Of a stretch of DNA of 64,000 nt, positions 1 to 10,118 are shown one piece after another (positions within the stretch are counted from its first letter, which is position 1; the number at the start of each line of letters is the position of its first letter). Both the position numbers and the translations under genes were made by a program. The notes beneath the pieces are model-generated. The model saw only the letters and a program-made list of their open reading frames with translations, made no database searches and was not told the DNA's origin. Source of the DNA: Nitrospirota bacterium (lineage in GTDB: Bacteria; Nitrospirota; Thermodesulfovibrionia; Thermodesulfovibrionales; JdFR-86); contig CAVRJY010000001.1 in assembly GCA_963721805.1 (NCBI GenBank), positions 928,001 through 992,000 on the forward strand, written 5' to 3'.

Positions 1-690
1 CGTGGCCGAGATCTCGCTGGAGATCGAGGACATCGCGCTGATCGCGCTTGCTACGTGCCTTGTGATGCCGTTGGTGATCATCAGACCGATGACTACCGAA
101 AGGATAAAGGCCAGCGCAACGCCTATTATCAGGGATGTGCTTATGTTTCCGAGCGCCGCCTTCTCATCCCTCCGCGCCGTCTCGAATATCTCGGTCTCGC
201 GGTTATCAAAGCTGGAAATCATCTTGCTGAGGTCCGCCTGCAGCTGCGTTGCCTCTCCGTTGCGGAAGATTTCGACCGCCCTGGGCTGCTCCCCCAGATC
301 CACCAGACGGATTAAATTGTTGTTAATCTTGACCAGCTCAGCGATCTTCAGCAATATATTGCCCAGCAGCTCCTTTTGGTTGTTGTCTTTGACTAAAGCG
401 CTGAGGGCTTGAGAGCTCTCTTCGAGCGCCTTCGCGGTCTCGTCATAGTTGTTGCGCCGCCGGTCATCTTTCAGGATGAGATATCCCCTGGAAAACCGCT
501 GCAGGTCCGATACGTTGATAATCACTTCATGGGCCTTGTTGATCGTGACGATTTTTTGCTCTGTCTGCATATGCGCCTTTTCATATGTCATTAAACTTCC
601 ATAAACCACCAGCGAAACGATGACAAACAAAACCAGCGTGACCGAATACCCCAGCAGGATGCGGAACCTTATCTTCTGGTTTCTAAACAT
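1..690 (-). CDS. Methyl-accepting chemotaxis protein, N-terminal part (runs off the window)
   Basis: Manual translation from ATG at 690 gives MFRNQKIRFRILLGYSVTLVLFVIVSLVVY (TM1), a CHASE3-like periplasmic segment and a second TM; it lies directly downstream of cheW/cheR. Confidence 0.8.
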   Translation of the reverse strand, partial: MFRNQKIRFRILLGYSVTLVLFVIVSLVVYGSLMTYEKAHMQTEQKIVTINKAHEVIINVSDLQRFSRGYLILKDDRRRNNYDETAKALEESSQALSALVKDNNQKELLGNILLKIAELVKINNNLIRLVDLGEQPRAVEIFRNGEATQLQADLSKMISSFDNRETEIFETARRDEKAALGNISTSLIIGVALAFILSVVIGLMITNGITRHVASAISAMSSISSEISAT

Positions 691-708
691 CTTGGCCCTC
701 CATTCTCG

Positions 709-1789
709 CTATGCATCTTCGTTCACTATCAAGCCTTCCCATGAGAGGATTGCCTTAAGGTCCAGCAGCGCCATGAGCCCGCCGCCGAAAGGCACGGCGC
801 CCTTGACGAACTTGTCGTTGGCGGCCTTCATCGTCGAGGGGACCGCGACGATGTCCTCCGCCCTGAGGTTTATGACGTCGAGTATCTCGTCGACGATTAT
901 CCCGGCCGGGAAATCGCCCGCGTCTGCTACGATTATTTTTGACGTCTCGCTGATCTTCCCTGCCTGCGCATTGAGCAGGCCGCGTATGTCTATCAGGGTC
1001 AGGACGTTGCCCCGGAGGTTCATGTTGCCAGCGATATGCCGCGGGCAGCACGGCACGGGGGTGAAATTGCGGAGTGCCGAGAACTCTCGCACCGAATCGA
1101 GCTCCACGCAAAGGCCCTCGCCGTTTAGGCTGATAACGACGGCCGGCAATACCCTCCCGGCGTCTCCGCCGCCGGCTGACCCTTCTGAGCTTCGCCGCCC
1201 GCCGCCGAAAGGTCTCCCTTTCCTCTGTAGTGGCCTGAGCACAGAAATATCCGGACGCGCTCCTGGCCGTGTAGGCGCCGGGCGCCGTTTCACTGACAGG
1301 GGAATTTATATCGAGGGTTTTCAGCGGGTCCAGTACCATGAAAATCTCATCCCCGTACCTGACCTTGCCGCTTACGAAGCGCCCCTGGGCCCTGCTCTGA
1401 GCGGTTTCGCAGGGCGGCGGCCCTATATCGCCCTCGGGGATGTCCACGACATCGTGCACATCATTGACGATTATCCCCATCGGTACGATATGGGAGCTCA
1501 GGGCGGGAAGCGGGGAAAGCTGGCCCGCGACCTCAGTCGCCAATTCCGGGAGGCCGAGGACGATGACCTTGTCCGAGCAGCCGTAGCCCTGAGCGGGATG
1601 TCCGAGACGTGCGCTTAAGTCCATCACCGGCATGATCTTCCCCCGTATGTCCGCCATGCCGGCGATGTACGCCGGACACTCCTCGGCCAGGGCAAGCTCG
1701 GGCAGCCGGATTATCTCCCTGACCGCCACGGCCTCGACCGCGAGGAGCAGCCCCTGAAGGCTGAACGTAAGGAAGGACCGGTCCGTCAT
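709..1789 (-). CDS. cheW: Tandem CheW-CheW protein, split by one frameshift near 1175
   Basis: ORF 755-1789 carries one CheW domain (VREIIRLP..IAGMADIRGKIMPVMDL) and ORF 709-1293 carries a second (TPVPCCPRHIAGNMNLRGNVLTLIDI). Confidence 0.8.
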
Positions 1790-3279
1790 CGCCTGTTCCT
1801 CTCCGCCTGGCCGGCAGGGGTCAAATCCTCATCGGCCTGACCGGCAAGCCGTTCGAGATACCCCAGCAGCTCGCCTGCCGTGATCTCGTAGGGCTTGACC
1901 CGCGCTCCGCAGGGGAGCCGCTTAATGAGTTCAAGCGCCGCGGCGCGGGCCCTTCGGGCGCGCTGGACATCGTTTTGCTTTGCGTATAGCCAGCCGAGTT
2001 CGCAATAGGCGGCGATAAAGCCGGGGTCCAGGTATAGCGCTTTCTTAAGCAGGCCCTTCGCCTCTTCGCCGTCTCCCCCGGCCTCAGCGAGATGGGCGAG
2101 CATAAAATACGGCTCTGCCGCCTCAGGGCTGTTTTCAATCGCCTTTCTGCATGCGGCCTCCGCCTTCCCATAGGCGCCTGAATTCGCGTATGCCTGAGCC
2201 ATGAGGCAAAGCATGACGCTGCTATCCCTGACAGGGTCCGGCTGCCTGTCCGCCATATCGATCGCCTCGGCATACCGGCCGGCCTTTATCAGCGCCTCTA
2301 TCTCGGGTATCGGGTCAACGGGCTCATGCGGTTGAGGTTCAGGGCGCGGGACGGTTGGCTTTGAGGCTTCTCCGGGTTCTTGCCGCTTTATTATTGAGAG
2401 ATGAGTCCTCCTGTGTACTGGTTGCGCCGCCTCCTTCGCGCATTTTTTGAGTATCACGGCCTCGGGGAACGCGAGCTGGCGCATGACCGGGAGTTGCTGC
2501 TCATACAGCTCTCCATGCCCCGAGATAAGATACCCTCCATCGTTTAGCGCGTCACCGAATCTAGCGATGACCTGCGCTACCGCCTCCTTGCTGAAATAGA
2601 TAAAGACGTTCCTGCAGATTATGACGTCCATGTTGCACAGGGCGGGGTCCTTAAAGGCAAGGCCGTCTCCGATCAGGTTCCCATAACGGAATTCGACCAT
2701 CTTCCTTATGCCGTCGTTGAGCTCCCACCCGTCCTGGCGGGTTTTTTTGAAATATCTGTCTTGAATTGCCTTGTCGACCGACCGCAGGGACCACTGAGAA
2801 AATATGCCGCCCCGGGCCTTTGCGAGGGCCTCGTCATTGATGTCGGTGCCGACGATGTATATGTCCCAGCTCACTGGGTCCGGCAAAAGCATGTCAAGGA
2901 CGATGGCGATGGAATAGGGCTCCTCCCCGGTCGAGCAGCCGGCGCTCCAGATCCTGATGGAGCGCTCCGCGTACTTGCGCCTTATCAGCTCCGGGAGGAT
3001 GGTGTTTTGGAGCAGGGAGAAGTGGCCCCTGTCGCGGAAGAAATAGGATTCGCCGGTCGTAACCGCGATAATGAGCGCCTTCCATTGCTTGTTGCCGCCT
3101 TCCGTGTCCGAAGCCAGGAAATTAAGGAAGTCCCCGGGCTCGCCGAACCCGGACCCCTTCATGCAGGACAGTAGGGTCCTGCGGAAGGCCTCGATGTCTT
3201 CCTTGCGGATGCACAGCCCTATGCGGTCCGAGATGAGCTTCACGAACCGTCCGAGCATCTTATCGTCGATGTCCATCAT
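1786..3279 (-). CDS. cheR: CheR methyltransferase with C-terminal TPR repeats (WspC-like)
   Basis: ESYFFRD, IWSAGCSTGEEPYSIA and ICRNVFIYF motifs, followed by TPR-like helices (ALYLDPGFIAAY). Confidence 0.9.
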   Translation of the reverse strand: MMDIDDKMLGRFVKLISDRIGLCIRKEDIEAFRRTLLSCMKGSGFGEPGDFLNFLASDTEGGNKQWKALIIAVTTGESYFFRDRGHFSLLQNTILPELIRRKYAERSIRIWSAGCSTGEEPYSIAIVLDMLLPDPVSWDIYIVGTDINDEALAKARGGIFSQWSLRSVDKAIQDRYFKKTRQDGWELNDGIRKMVEFRYGNLIGDGLAFKDPALCNMDVIICRNVFIYFSKEAVAQVIARFGDALNDGGYLISGHGELYEQQLPVMRQLAFPEAVILKKCAKEAAQPVHRRTHLSIIKRQEPGEASKPTVPRPEPQPHEPVDPIPEIEALIKAGRYAEAIDMADRQPDPVRDSSVMLCLMAQAYANSGAYGKAEAACRKAIENSPEAAEPYFMLAHLAEAGGDGEEAKGLLKKALYLDPGFIAAYCELGWLYAKQNDVQRARRARAAALELIKRLPCGARVKPYEITAGELLGYLERLAGQADEDLTPAGQAERNRR

Positions 3280-3455
3280 CTGGCCCCATGCTTCCAAAAC
3301 GTGTAATGCCCATAACACTACTTACCACTTAATTGTGCGCATGTCAAGGGTGTAGATGCCAATAAATACATATAAAACCATGCATGGGATGCACCGGGCC
3401 GAGAGCGGCGCAGGGTCGTCCCGCAACGGGCCCAGCCAGACTGGCGGACGTAAAA

Positions 3456-3492
3456 TCAAACGGACGTTTGACTAATTCAAACGGCAATTTGC
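3456..3492. promoter_or_regulatory. Putative TetR operator pair
   Basis: Inverted repeat TCAAAC-ggac-GTTTGA (3456-3471) and a degenerate copy TCAAAC-ggca-ATTTGC 21 bp downstream, just upstream of the TetR gene. Confidence 0.55.
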
Positions 3493-3560
3493 TTTATCCG
3501 GCTGCGCGGTGTTATTGTGATAGGTACGCTAAATTCTTGGCGAAGGATGGAAGGCGTCAT

Positions 3561-4196
3561 ATGGCAGGCAGGGAAAAACCGAATCAGCAGGCGGGCGTTA
3601 CTCAGGACACGCCCGGCCGGATCGTCCTTGAGGCGACCCGCCTTTTCGCTGAAAAGGGGTACGACGGGGTCTCGATAAAAGAGATCAGCGATGCCGCCGG
3701 CGTGAACATCGCCGCCGTCAATTACCATTTCGCATCCAAGGCCAATCTCTTCCAGCGGATCATCGAGCAGTTCCTGTCGGAGCTGTTCGTCTCGTCGAGG
3801 AAGGCGCTCCTGCCCCCTCAGAACCATGAGGAATTAAAGGTGCGGCTGGAGGTCTTCGTGAGGCAGACCCTCGAGGCGATGATCAGGCGGCCCGATGTCA
3901 TTACCATCATCCATCGCGAGATGGAGAAAAGCAACGAGGTGTTTCAAAAGACCATCCTCAAGCATCGCGAGGCGCTGATAGATTTTTTGGACCAGGCCAA
4001 AAAGAGCGGCCTTGTCGCGCCTGATGTCGAGCCGTTCTTTGCCGCGGACTTCCTTATGGGGCAGATATCGCATGCCCGGAGAAAGGGCAGGACGAGAGAG
4101 GACCTTTTCGGAAGTTCCGCATCGTCCGTAAGGCTGCGGGAACAATGGATCAGGCAAACGCTCAGGCTGTTTCTCGGTGGAGTAATCAAGGTGTGA
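3561..4196 (+). CDS. TetR/AcrR family transcriptional regulator
   Basis: HTH signature ATRLFAEKGYDGVSIKEISDAAGVNIAAVNYHFASK. Confidence 0.92.
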   Translation: MAGREKPNQQAGVTQDTPGRIVLEATRLFAEKGYDGVSIKEISDAAGVNIAAVNYHFASKANLFQRIIEQFLSELFVSSRKALLPPQNHEELKVRLEVFVRQTLEAMIRRPDVITIIHREMEKSNEVFQKTILKHREALIDFLDQAKKSGLVAPDVEPFFAADFLMGQISHARRKGRTREDLFGSSASSVRLREQWIRQTLRLFLGGVIKV

Positions 4197-4239
4197 TTGA
4201 ATCGCATCTTTTCGGTGACCGTCTTTAGAAAGGCAGGAA

Positions 4240-5328
4240 GTGTTCATGCAGGAAACCCCTGATCAGGAGTCCGCGCCCTCGGGCCGCGGTGAGTTCAAGA
4301 AGTGGGGCGTCAGGGCCATCGTCGCCGTGTGCGCCATCTCGGCCCTGGCATATGCGACGCCCAAAATCCTTTATTCGTTTTCGCATGAGGGCACCGACGA
4401 CGCCTATATCGACGGCAATGTCGTGCCTATCAGCCCTGAGGTGAAAGGCATGGTCAAGAAGGTGTTCGTGAGCGACAACCAGCCCGTGAAGGCCGGCGAC
4501 GTCCTGGTGGAGATATCGCCTGATGACTATCTCGACCAGGTCCAGGCCCGGCGGGATGCGCTTTCGAGGATGACCGCCGAACAGCAGGAGATCCAGGCCG
4601 CCATCAAGGTCAAGTCGACCGGGCTCGTCCGCGTCAGGGCCGACCTCAGCGCGGCCGAGACAAACGCGGCGCTGGCCGGGAGGGAACTGAAGCGGAGCGA
4701 AGCGCTCATCAGGCAGGGGATTATCTCGCAAAGCAAGTACGACATAGTGCAATCGCGCTGGAAGGCCGCGACCGCTCAAAGGGATGCCGCCAGCGCGGCA
4801 GTGGCCGAGGCCCAGGCATCCATCGAGGGGCTGACCGCCCAGCTCGCGGCCCAGAAATTCAAGATGATGGAGGCGGGCTCGACGCTCGACCTGGCCCGGC
4901 GTGAGCTTGGGCGCACCGAGATCATCGCCCCAGTCGGCGGCAGGATCGCCAAGAAGAACGTGGACGAAGGGAAGTACGTGCAGCCGGGTCAGCCTCTGCT
5001 GTCGATAGTCGACGACACCGACCTGTGGGTCGTCGCGAACTTCAAGGAGACGCAGCTCAACCGCATGAGGCCGGGCCAGCCTGTGGATATCGCGGTCGAT
5101 GCCTACCCGGGCATCACGCTGGCCGGGCATGTGGACAGCTTCCAGTCGGGCACGGGCGCGGTCTTCAGCCTGCTGCCTCCGCAGAACGCGACGGGCAACT
5201 TCGTGAAGGTGGTGCAGCGCGTGCCGGTCAAGATTATTATCGATTCGAAGCCCGATCCCGCCCATCCCCTGCGGCCCGGCCTTTCGGTCTATCCTTCGGT
5301 CGCGACCAAAGAACCAGCAAGACCGTAG
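4240..5328 (+). CDS. emrA: HlyD/EmrA family efflux membrane-fusion protein
   Basis: TDDAYIDG, ANFKETQL and LLPPQNATGNFVKVVQRVPVKI motifs. Confidence 0.9.
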   Translation: MFMQETPDQESAPSGRGEFKKWGVRAIVAVCAISALAYATPKILYSFSHEGTDDAYIDGNVVPISPEVKGMVKKVFVSDNQPVKAGDVLVEISPDDYLDQVQARRDALSRMTAEQQEIQAAIKVKSTGLVRVRADLSAAETNAALAGRELKRSEALIRQGIISQSKYDIVQSRWKAATAQRDAASAAVAEAQASIEGLTAQLAAQKFKMMEAGSTLDLARRELGRTEIIAPVGGRIAKKNVDEGKYVQPGQPLLSIVDDTDLWVVANFKETQLNRMRPGQPVDIAVDAYPGITLAGHVDSFQSGTGAVFSLLPPQNATGNFVKVVQRVPVKIIIDSKPDPAHPLRPGLSVYPSVATKEPARP

Positions 5329-5331
5329 CGG

Positions 5332-6888
5332 GTGACAGGCATGCCTAAGACGGATAAATGGATCGTCACCCTCACCGTCATGGTCGGGACGATCATGGCC
5401 GCCCTCGACGGGAGCATCGTCAACGTCGCGCTGCCATACATGCGCGGCACTCTCGGGGCCTCGGTCGAGGAGATCGCATGGGTGGCGACGGGCTACATCC
5501 TCTCGACGGTCATCATCATGCCAATCGTCGGCATGATAAGCGCCCGATACGGCCGCAAGAATCTTCTCCTGTTCAGCGTCATCGCCTTCACCCTGAGCTC
5601 GATGCTCTGCGGCATGGCCTGGAACCTGACGTCCATGGTCGTATTCCGAATCCTCCAGGGCGTCGGAGGCGGCGTCCTGATCCCGGTCTCGCAGGCGATC
5701 CTCAGGGAGACATTCCCCCCGCATGAGCAGGGGATGGCGATGGGGGTCTACGGGTTCGGCGTGGTCCTTGGGCCCGCGTTCGGCCCGACCCTCGGCGGCT
5801 GGCTCACAGACCATTACTCCTGGCCCTGGATTTTTTTCATCAACGTGCCTGTAGGCATCATCAATATGCTCATGGTCATCCGGTACATCAAGGACCCACC
5901 GTACCTGGTGCGCGAAAAGGGCCGGATCGACATGCTCGGCCTCGGATTCATGACCCTGGGGCTGGGGGCGTTCCAGATCATGCTCGAACGCGGCGAGCGG
6001 GAGGCATGGTTTGAGTCCGATCTGATCACGACGCTCCTGATCGTCTCGGTCGCCGCGATGGCATTGTTCATCTGGCGCGAACTGAGCTGCGACAGGCCGG
6101 CCGTGGACCTCCGCATACTGAAGGATGTCAATTTCGCCTCGGGCTCGCTCATAGGCGGGCTGCTCGGGGTGGGGCTGTACAGCAGCCTTTTCCTCCTGCC
6201 GATGTTCCTGCAGCAGCTGCTCGGCTATCCGGCGCTGGATTCAGGGATAGCCCTGATGCCCAGGAGCCTCGCGATGGCCATCGCCATGCCGCTTGGAGGG
6301 AGGCTTTACAACTCCGCCGGGCCGCGCGTCCTGATCGGGACCGGCCTGATGGTGGCCGCCGTGTCTTTCTATCAGCTTTCGCGCCTCTCGCTGGACATCG
6401 GGTATATGGACATATTGATCCCCCAGTTCCTGCAGGGGCTCGGGTTCGGCCTGATATTTGTGGCACTCAGCACCGCCGCGCTCTCGACGATAGCGAAGAA
6501 GAACATGACCTCGGCCGCGGGGCTCTATAACGTGGTGCGCCAGGTCTTCGCGAGCATCGGGATAGCGCTCGCGGCCTCCCAGCTCACGAAGGCGACGACC
6601 GGCTACCATGCGATGCTCGCTGAAAAAGTGACTCAGTCCGGCACCGCTGCGACAGGCTGGATGCAGGCCGTGACCGGGGCCATGCAGGGTCAGGGCGCCG
6701 ATCCCTCCACCGCCCGCCAGATGGCCCTGACGCTGCTTGACGGGGAGCTTTCCAGCCAGGCGGCCATGATGGCGTATAATCACATATATCTGCTGATCAC
6801 CGGCTTGTTCATAATATCGTTTCCGTTTATATTTCTTCTGAAGACCGGCAAGAAGCAGGCCGGGGCGGCGGAGGTCGTGGTCGAATGA
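5332..6888 (+). CDS. emrB: DHA2/EmrB family MFS efflux permease
   Basis: Many TM helices; LDGSIVNVALP and GPTLGGWLTDHYSWPWIFFINVPVG motifs. Confidence 0.92.
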   Translation: MTGMPKTDKWIVTLTVMVGTIMAALDGSIVNVALPYMRGTLGASVEEIAWVATGYILSTVIIMPIVGMISARYGRKNLLLFSVIAFTLSSMLCGMAWNLTSMVVFRILQGVGGGVLIPVSQAILRETFPPHEQGMAMGVYGFGVVLGPAFGPTLGGWLTDHYSWPWIFFINVPVGIINMLMVIRYIKDPPYLVREKGRIDMLGLGFMTLGLGAFQIMLERGEREAWFESDLITTLLIVSVAAMALFIWRELSCDRPAVDLRILKDVNFASGSLIGGLLGVGLYSSLFLLPMFLQQLLGYPALDSGIALMPRSLAMAIAMPLGGRLYNSAGPRVLIGTGLMVAAVSFYQLSRLSLDIGYMDILIPQFLQGLGFGLIFVALSTAALSTIAKKNMTSAAGLYNVVRQVFASIGIALAASQLTKATTGYHAMLAEKVTQSGTAATGWMQAVTGAMQGQGADPSTARQMALTLLDGELSSQAAMMAYNHIYLLITGLFIISFPFIFLLKTGKKQAGAAEVVVE

Positions 6889-7556
6889 CGGGGCCGGAGG
6901 AGGCGCAAATGCAGGGGCATGGGACAACGGTGATCACGATCTCGAGGCAGACGGCGAGCGGTGGGGCTTACGTCGGCCATCTCGTCGCCAAAAAGCTCGG
7001 GTATAAGTACATTGAACGCTCGGTGCTGCACAGCGCGGCCCAGGAGCTGGGGATCGAGATCCCGGCGCTCTCTGCGCAGGATGAGCGGGTATCGGGGTTC
7101 GTCGACAATCTCATGAAGGGCTATGTCTTCGGGACGCCCGAGGCCGCCTATCTGATCCCTTCCCGGCGGCCCGTCTACGACGACGAGCTCTTCGAGGCAG
7201 AGTCCCGCATAATCCGCGAGATCGCCGCGCGGCACGATGCCGTGGTCGTGGGCCACTGCGGTTTCTCTGTGCTGCGCGGGAGGCAGAGGCTGTTGAATGT
7301 CCTTATCCATGCGCCAAAGGAGTTCCGCGCCGAGCGCCTGAAGAAGGTCCACGGGATCCCGGCCGGGCAGGCCCTGGCCGAGTTGGAAGAGTCTGACGGC
7401 CGAAGGGCTAAATACGTCCGCACCATGGCGCATGCCGAGTGGCTTGACGCCACGAATTATCATCTTTCCCTCGATGCCCGGGCAGTGGGGTTTGAGGCTG
7501 CCGCCGGGATGATCATCGAGCTTAAGGAAAAAGTGCTGGTTCCCACCCCGCGATAG
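6885..7556 (+). CDS. Cytidylate kinase-like family protein
   Basis: VITISRQTASGG P-loop-like start, SDGRRAKY..., YHLSLD; overlaps the emrB stop by 4 bp. Confidence 0.8.
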   Translation: MTGPEEAQMQGHGTTVITISRQTASGGAYVGHLVAKKLGYKYIERSVLHSAAQELGIEIPALSAQDERVSGFVDNLMKGYVFGTPEAAYLIPSRRPVYDDELFEAESRIIREIAARHDAVVVGHCGFSVLRGRQRLLNVLIHAPKEFRAERLKKVHGIPAGQALAELEESDGRRAKYVRTMAHAEWLDATNYHLSLDARAVGFEAAAGMIIELKEKVLVPTPR

Positions 7557-7570
7557 GGTCTATCTGACCC

Positions 7571-8995
7571 TTACCGGTCGAAGTCTTTTCTCATGCTCAG
7601 GTAGGTGGGCAGGTTTCTGAGCAGCCGCCATGCGCTGTCCGGGGATTTCAACAGCAGCGGGATGAACTTCCGTCCCCAGTTGGGGCTCGTGTAGAACTTC
7701 CGCATGAATTCGTTATACAGGGCCTCGATCCGCGGCTTTGAGCCGATCCCCTTTGGGACGAACACGAAGTTCAGGCAGTTCATCTGGTCCCAGTCCTCGT
7801 TGAACTCGCCTTTTTCGGTTATGCCCTGATAAATCGGCGAGCCCGGAAACGGCGTGAATTTCGTCATGTTCATGTCATCGAGCCTGAGGTCCTCGATGAA
7901 GGCCGCGGTCTTGCGGATGCTCTCCTCGGTCTCCTCCGGCAGCCCCATCATGAACAGCCCCTTGGCGCGAAGCCCGTTTCGCTGCACCTGCCGCACGGCA
8001 TCTTTCATCCCATTGAGGTCGACCCTCGCCTTGTGCAGGGCGAGGATGGCCGGGTCCCCCGACTCGATCCCAAGGCTCACCATCCAGCAGCCGGAGGCCT
8101 TGAGCATCCGAAGCAGCGCGTCGTCGATGTGGCCGAGCCGTACGGCGCAGTTGAAGGTCATCCCCAGCGGTTTGCGCCCGAGCAGCTCGCAGAGTTCCTC
8201 GACGCGCTTGCGGTTGAACGTAAACAGGTCGTCATAGAAGAATATGTGCCTTATCCCGAAGTCCCGCTTGAGGTATGCCATGTGCTCGTAGATATACCCG
8301 GCCGAGTTGAAGCGGAAGCTGCGGCCGAAGACCGAGCGGTCGCAGTACGAGCACTGGTACGGGCAGCCCCGGCTCGAGATTATGGTCGCGCTCGGCGGGC
8401 GGGGATAGTTAAACAGCGGGGCCTCGTACTCGGCCGGAAACCCGGCGAGCTTTCGATAGGCCGGAAACGGCAGGCTGTCAAGCTCGCAGATCGTCGTCCT
8501 CGGGGGACCCGCGACCGGCTCGCCCGAGGCGTCGCGGCCTATGACGCCTTCGATGGTCTCGGGGGCCGCGCCGGCTGCCAGCGCCGCCATGGCCTGCTCC
8601 CCTTCGCCAAGCACTATGCAGTCGATTGCGGGGTAGGGCTTGAGGACCGCCGCTCCGAGCGCCGAGACATGCACCCCGCCGAAAACTACCTTTATGGCAG
8701 GGAACTCGGCCTTGATCGCTGTAGCGTGGCGGTATGCGTCGAGGAAACCCGAGGTGGTCGCGCTGAATCCGACGATATCGGGCGCGGCCGAGCGGACGGC
8801 TGCCATGACCTCGGCGCTTCCGCCGAGCTTTGCGGATGCACGGGCGCTGAGCACCGCGACGTCCACCCCGCGGGCCTCCAGGTATGCGGCTATCGAGAGT
8901 ATCCCGATCGGGGCCATACGCACCACTGTGGAGGTATGGTCCTCCTTGCCGGCTATCCAGTTGGACCCGAAGGGGTTTATCAGCAGCACCTTCAT
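7571..8995 (-). CDS. B12-binding radical SAM protein
   Basis: N-terminal cobalamin-binding domain (FGGVHVS, GEGE) and SRGCPYQCSYC (CxxxCxxC). Confidence 0.92.
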   Translation of the reverse strand: MKVLLINPFGSNWIAGKEDHTSTVVRMAPIGILSIAAYLEARGVDVAVLSARASAKLGGSAEVMAAVRSAAPDIVGFSATTSGFLDAYRHATAIKAEFPAIKVVFGGVHVSALGAAVLKPYPAIDCIVLGEGEQAMAALAAGAAPETIEGVIGRDASGEPVAGPPRTTICELDSLPFPAYRKLAGFPAEYEAPLFNYPRPPSATIISSRGCPYQCSYCDRSVFGRSFRFNSAGYIYEHMAYLKRDFGIRHIFFYDDLFTFNRKRVEELCELLGRKPLGMTFNCAVRLGHIDDALLRMLKASGCWMVSLGIESGDPAILALHKARVDLNGMKDAVRQVQRNGLRAKGLFMMGLPEETEESIRKTAAFIEDLRLDDMNMTKFTPFPGSPIYQGITEKGEFNEDWDQMNCLNFVFVPKGIGSKPRIEALYNEFMRKFYTSPNWGRKFIPLLLKSPDSAWRLLRNLPTYLSMRKDFDR

Positions 8996-9943
8996 TTCGC
9001 GCCCCCGCCGTACAGATCGAGCCCCTGACCTATCGTGACGATGCGCATGTCCGGGTATTTCCCCTTTATGTAGTCCAGCAGCGCGCCTATATCCGTGCGG
9101 TCGTCATATGCCACGCGCTCGACCCGGCCCGTTGCCCCGCTTGTGAGCCCGGTAATGGTATCCCCTGTTTTTGGGTCGCCCTCAAGCGGCGCGGAATATA
9201 CCACCAGCCCGTAGAAGGGAAAGATCAGGCGCCTCTCGAACCTGCCCACAGAGCCCGAGGGCTCGAATCTGAGTTCCTCGCCCTCGCGGAAGCTGCCCTT
9301 CATCTCAGCGACGATGAGTTTGGCGTCCAGCTCGTGGTGGTAGGCCACGAGCCAGCCCCGCTCGGCGTATGCCTTATCGACGATGGCCTCCATGCGGGGA
9401 AGGTCGCTCTTGTATGAGTAGGATTTGATCCCGTAGCGCTCGACCGGCGGGAGGTTGAGCCCGCTTCCGCCGCCGCGCCCGTAACTGTAATATTCGCCAG
9501 CGACCTCGCGCACCAGGGCGTTATGCCGGTTATATGGGTATACGAGGCCCCGCACCTTTACGCCGAGCGCCTCGAGAGCGGACTTGGAGCTGGCGAGTTC
9601 GTCCTCGAGAGCGTGGCGGTCCAGGCCGGTGAGGCTTGGGTGCGTGACTGTGTGGCTCATGATCTCCCAGCCCGAGTCCCTGAGCGCGAGGATCTGCGAG
9701 GCATTAAGGTGTCCGGGGGCGTTTATCAGGCCTGTAATAATGGCCGTGCTGGCGGCCGCGCCGTGCTCAGCGAATATCTGCCTGCCGATCAGGTAATCCG
9801 TATCGTTGCCGTCGTCAAAGACAAAGGTGAATAGCGGGGGCCGGGGGAGCCGGGTCAGCCGCGGCGGAGCCGCAGTGGGGCATGCACAGCATCGCCAATA
9901 GCAGGAGGCTGAGGAGCCGCAAGGGGGCAGCAATCAAGTCCAT
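8992..9943 (-). CDS. Secreted polysaccharide deacetylase family protein (frameshift near 9840)
   Basis: FVFDDG, GWEIMSHTVTHPSL and YPY NodB-like motifs; a signal-peptide-like N-terminus (MDLIAAPLRLLSLLLLAML..AAAD) lies in another frame upstream of a G/C homopolymer. Confidence 0.75.
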
Positions 9944-10118
9944 CGAACCGCTGACCTTCACCGGGATTTCCTGTTGGATTGCGAATCATGCTGCATGAGA
10001 TATCTTAAGTAGCCCATATCAGCTATGTCAATGTGCGTTGGCGCGCTCCTTAGGCGGGCTCAGGCTTAAAGAGGCGAAATAATATTGCGGGGCGGGAGGT
10101 TAACTATGCGGCGGCCCG

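Noticed and set aside
4225..5814. Long antisense ORFs (e.g. 4225-5814, 15414-16919, 18320-19780, 39568-40938, 44621-46366)
   Set aside because: Shadow frames of well-supported genes in GC-rich DNA, with no domain motifs.
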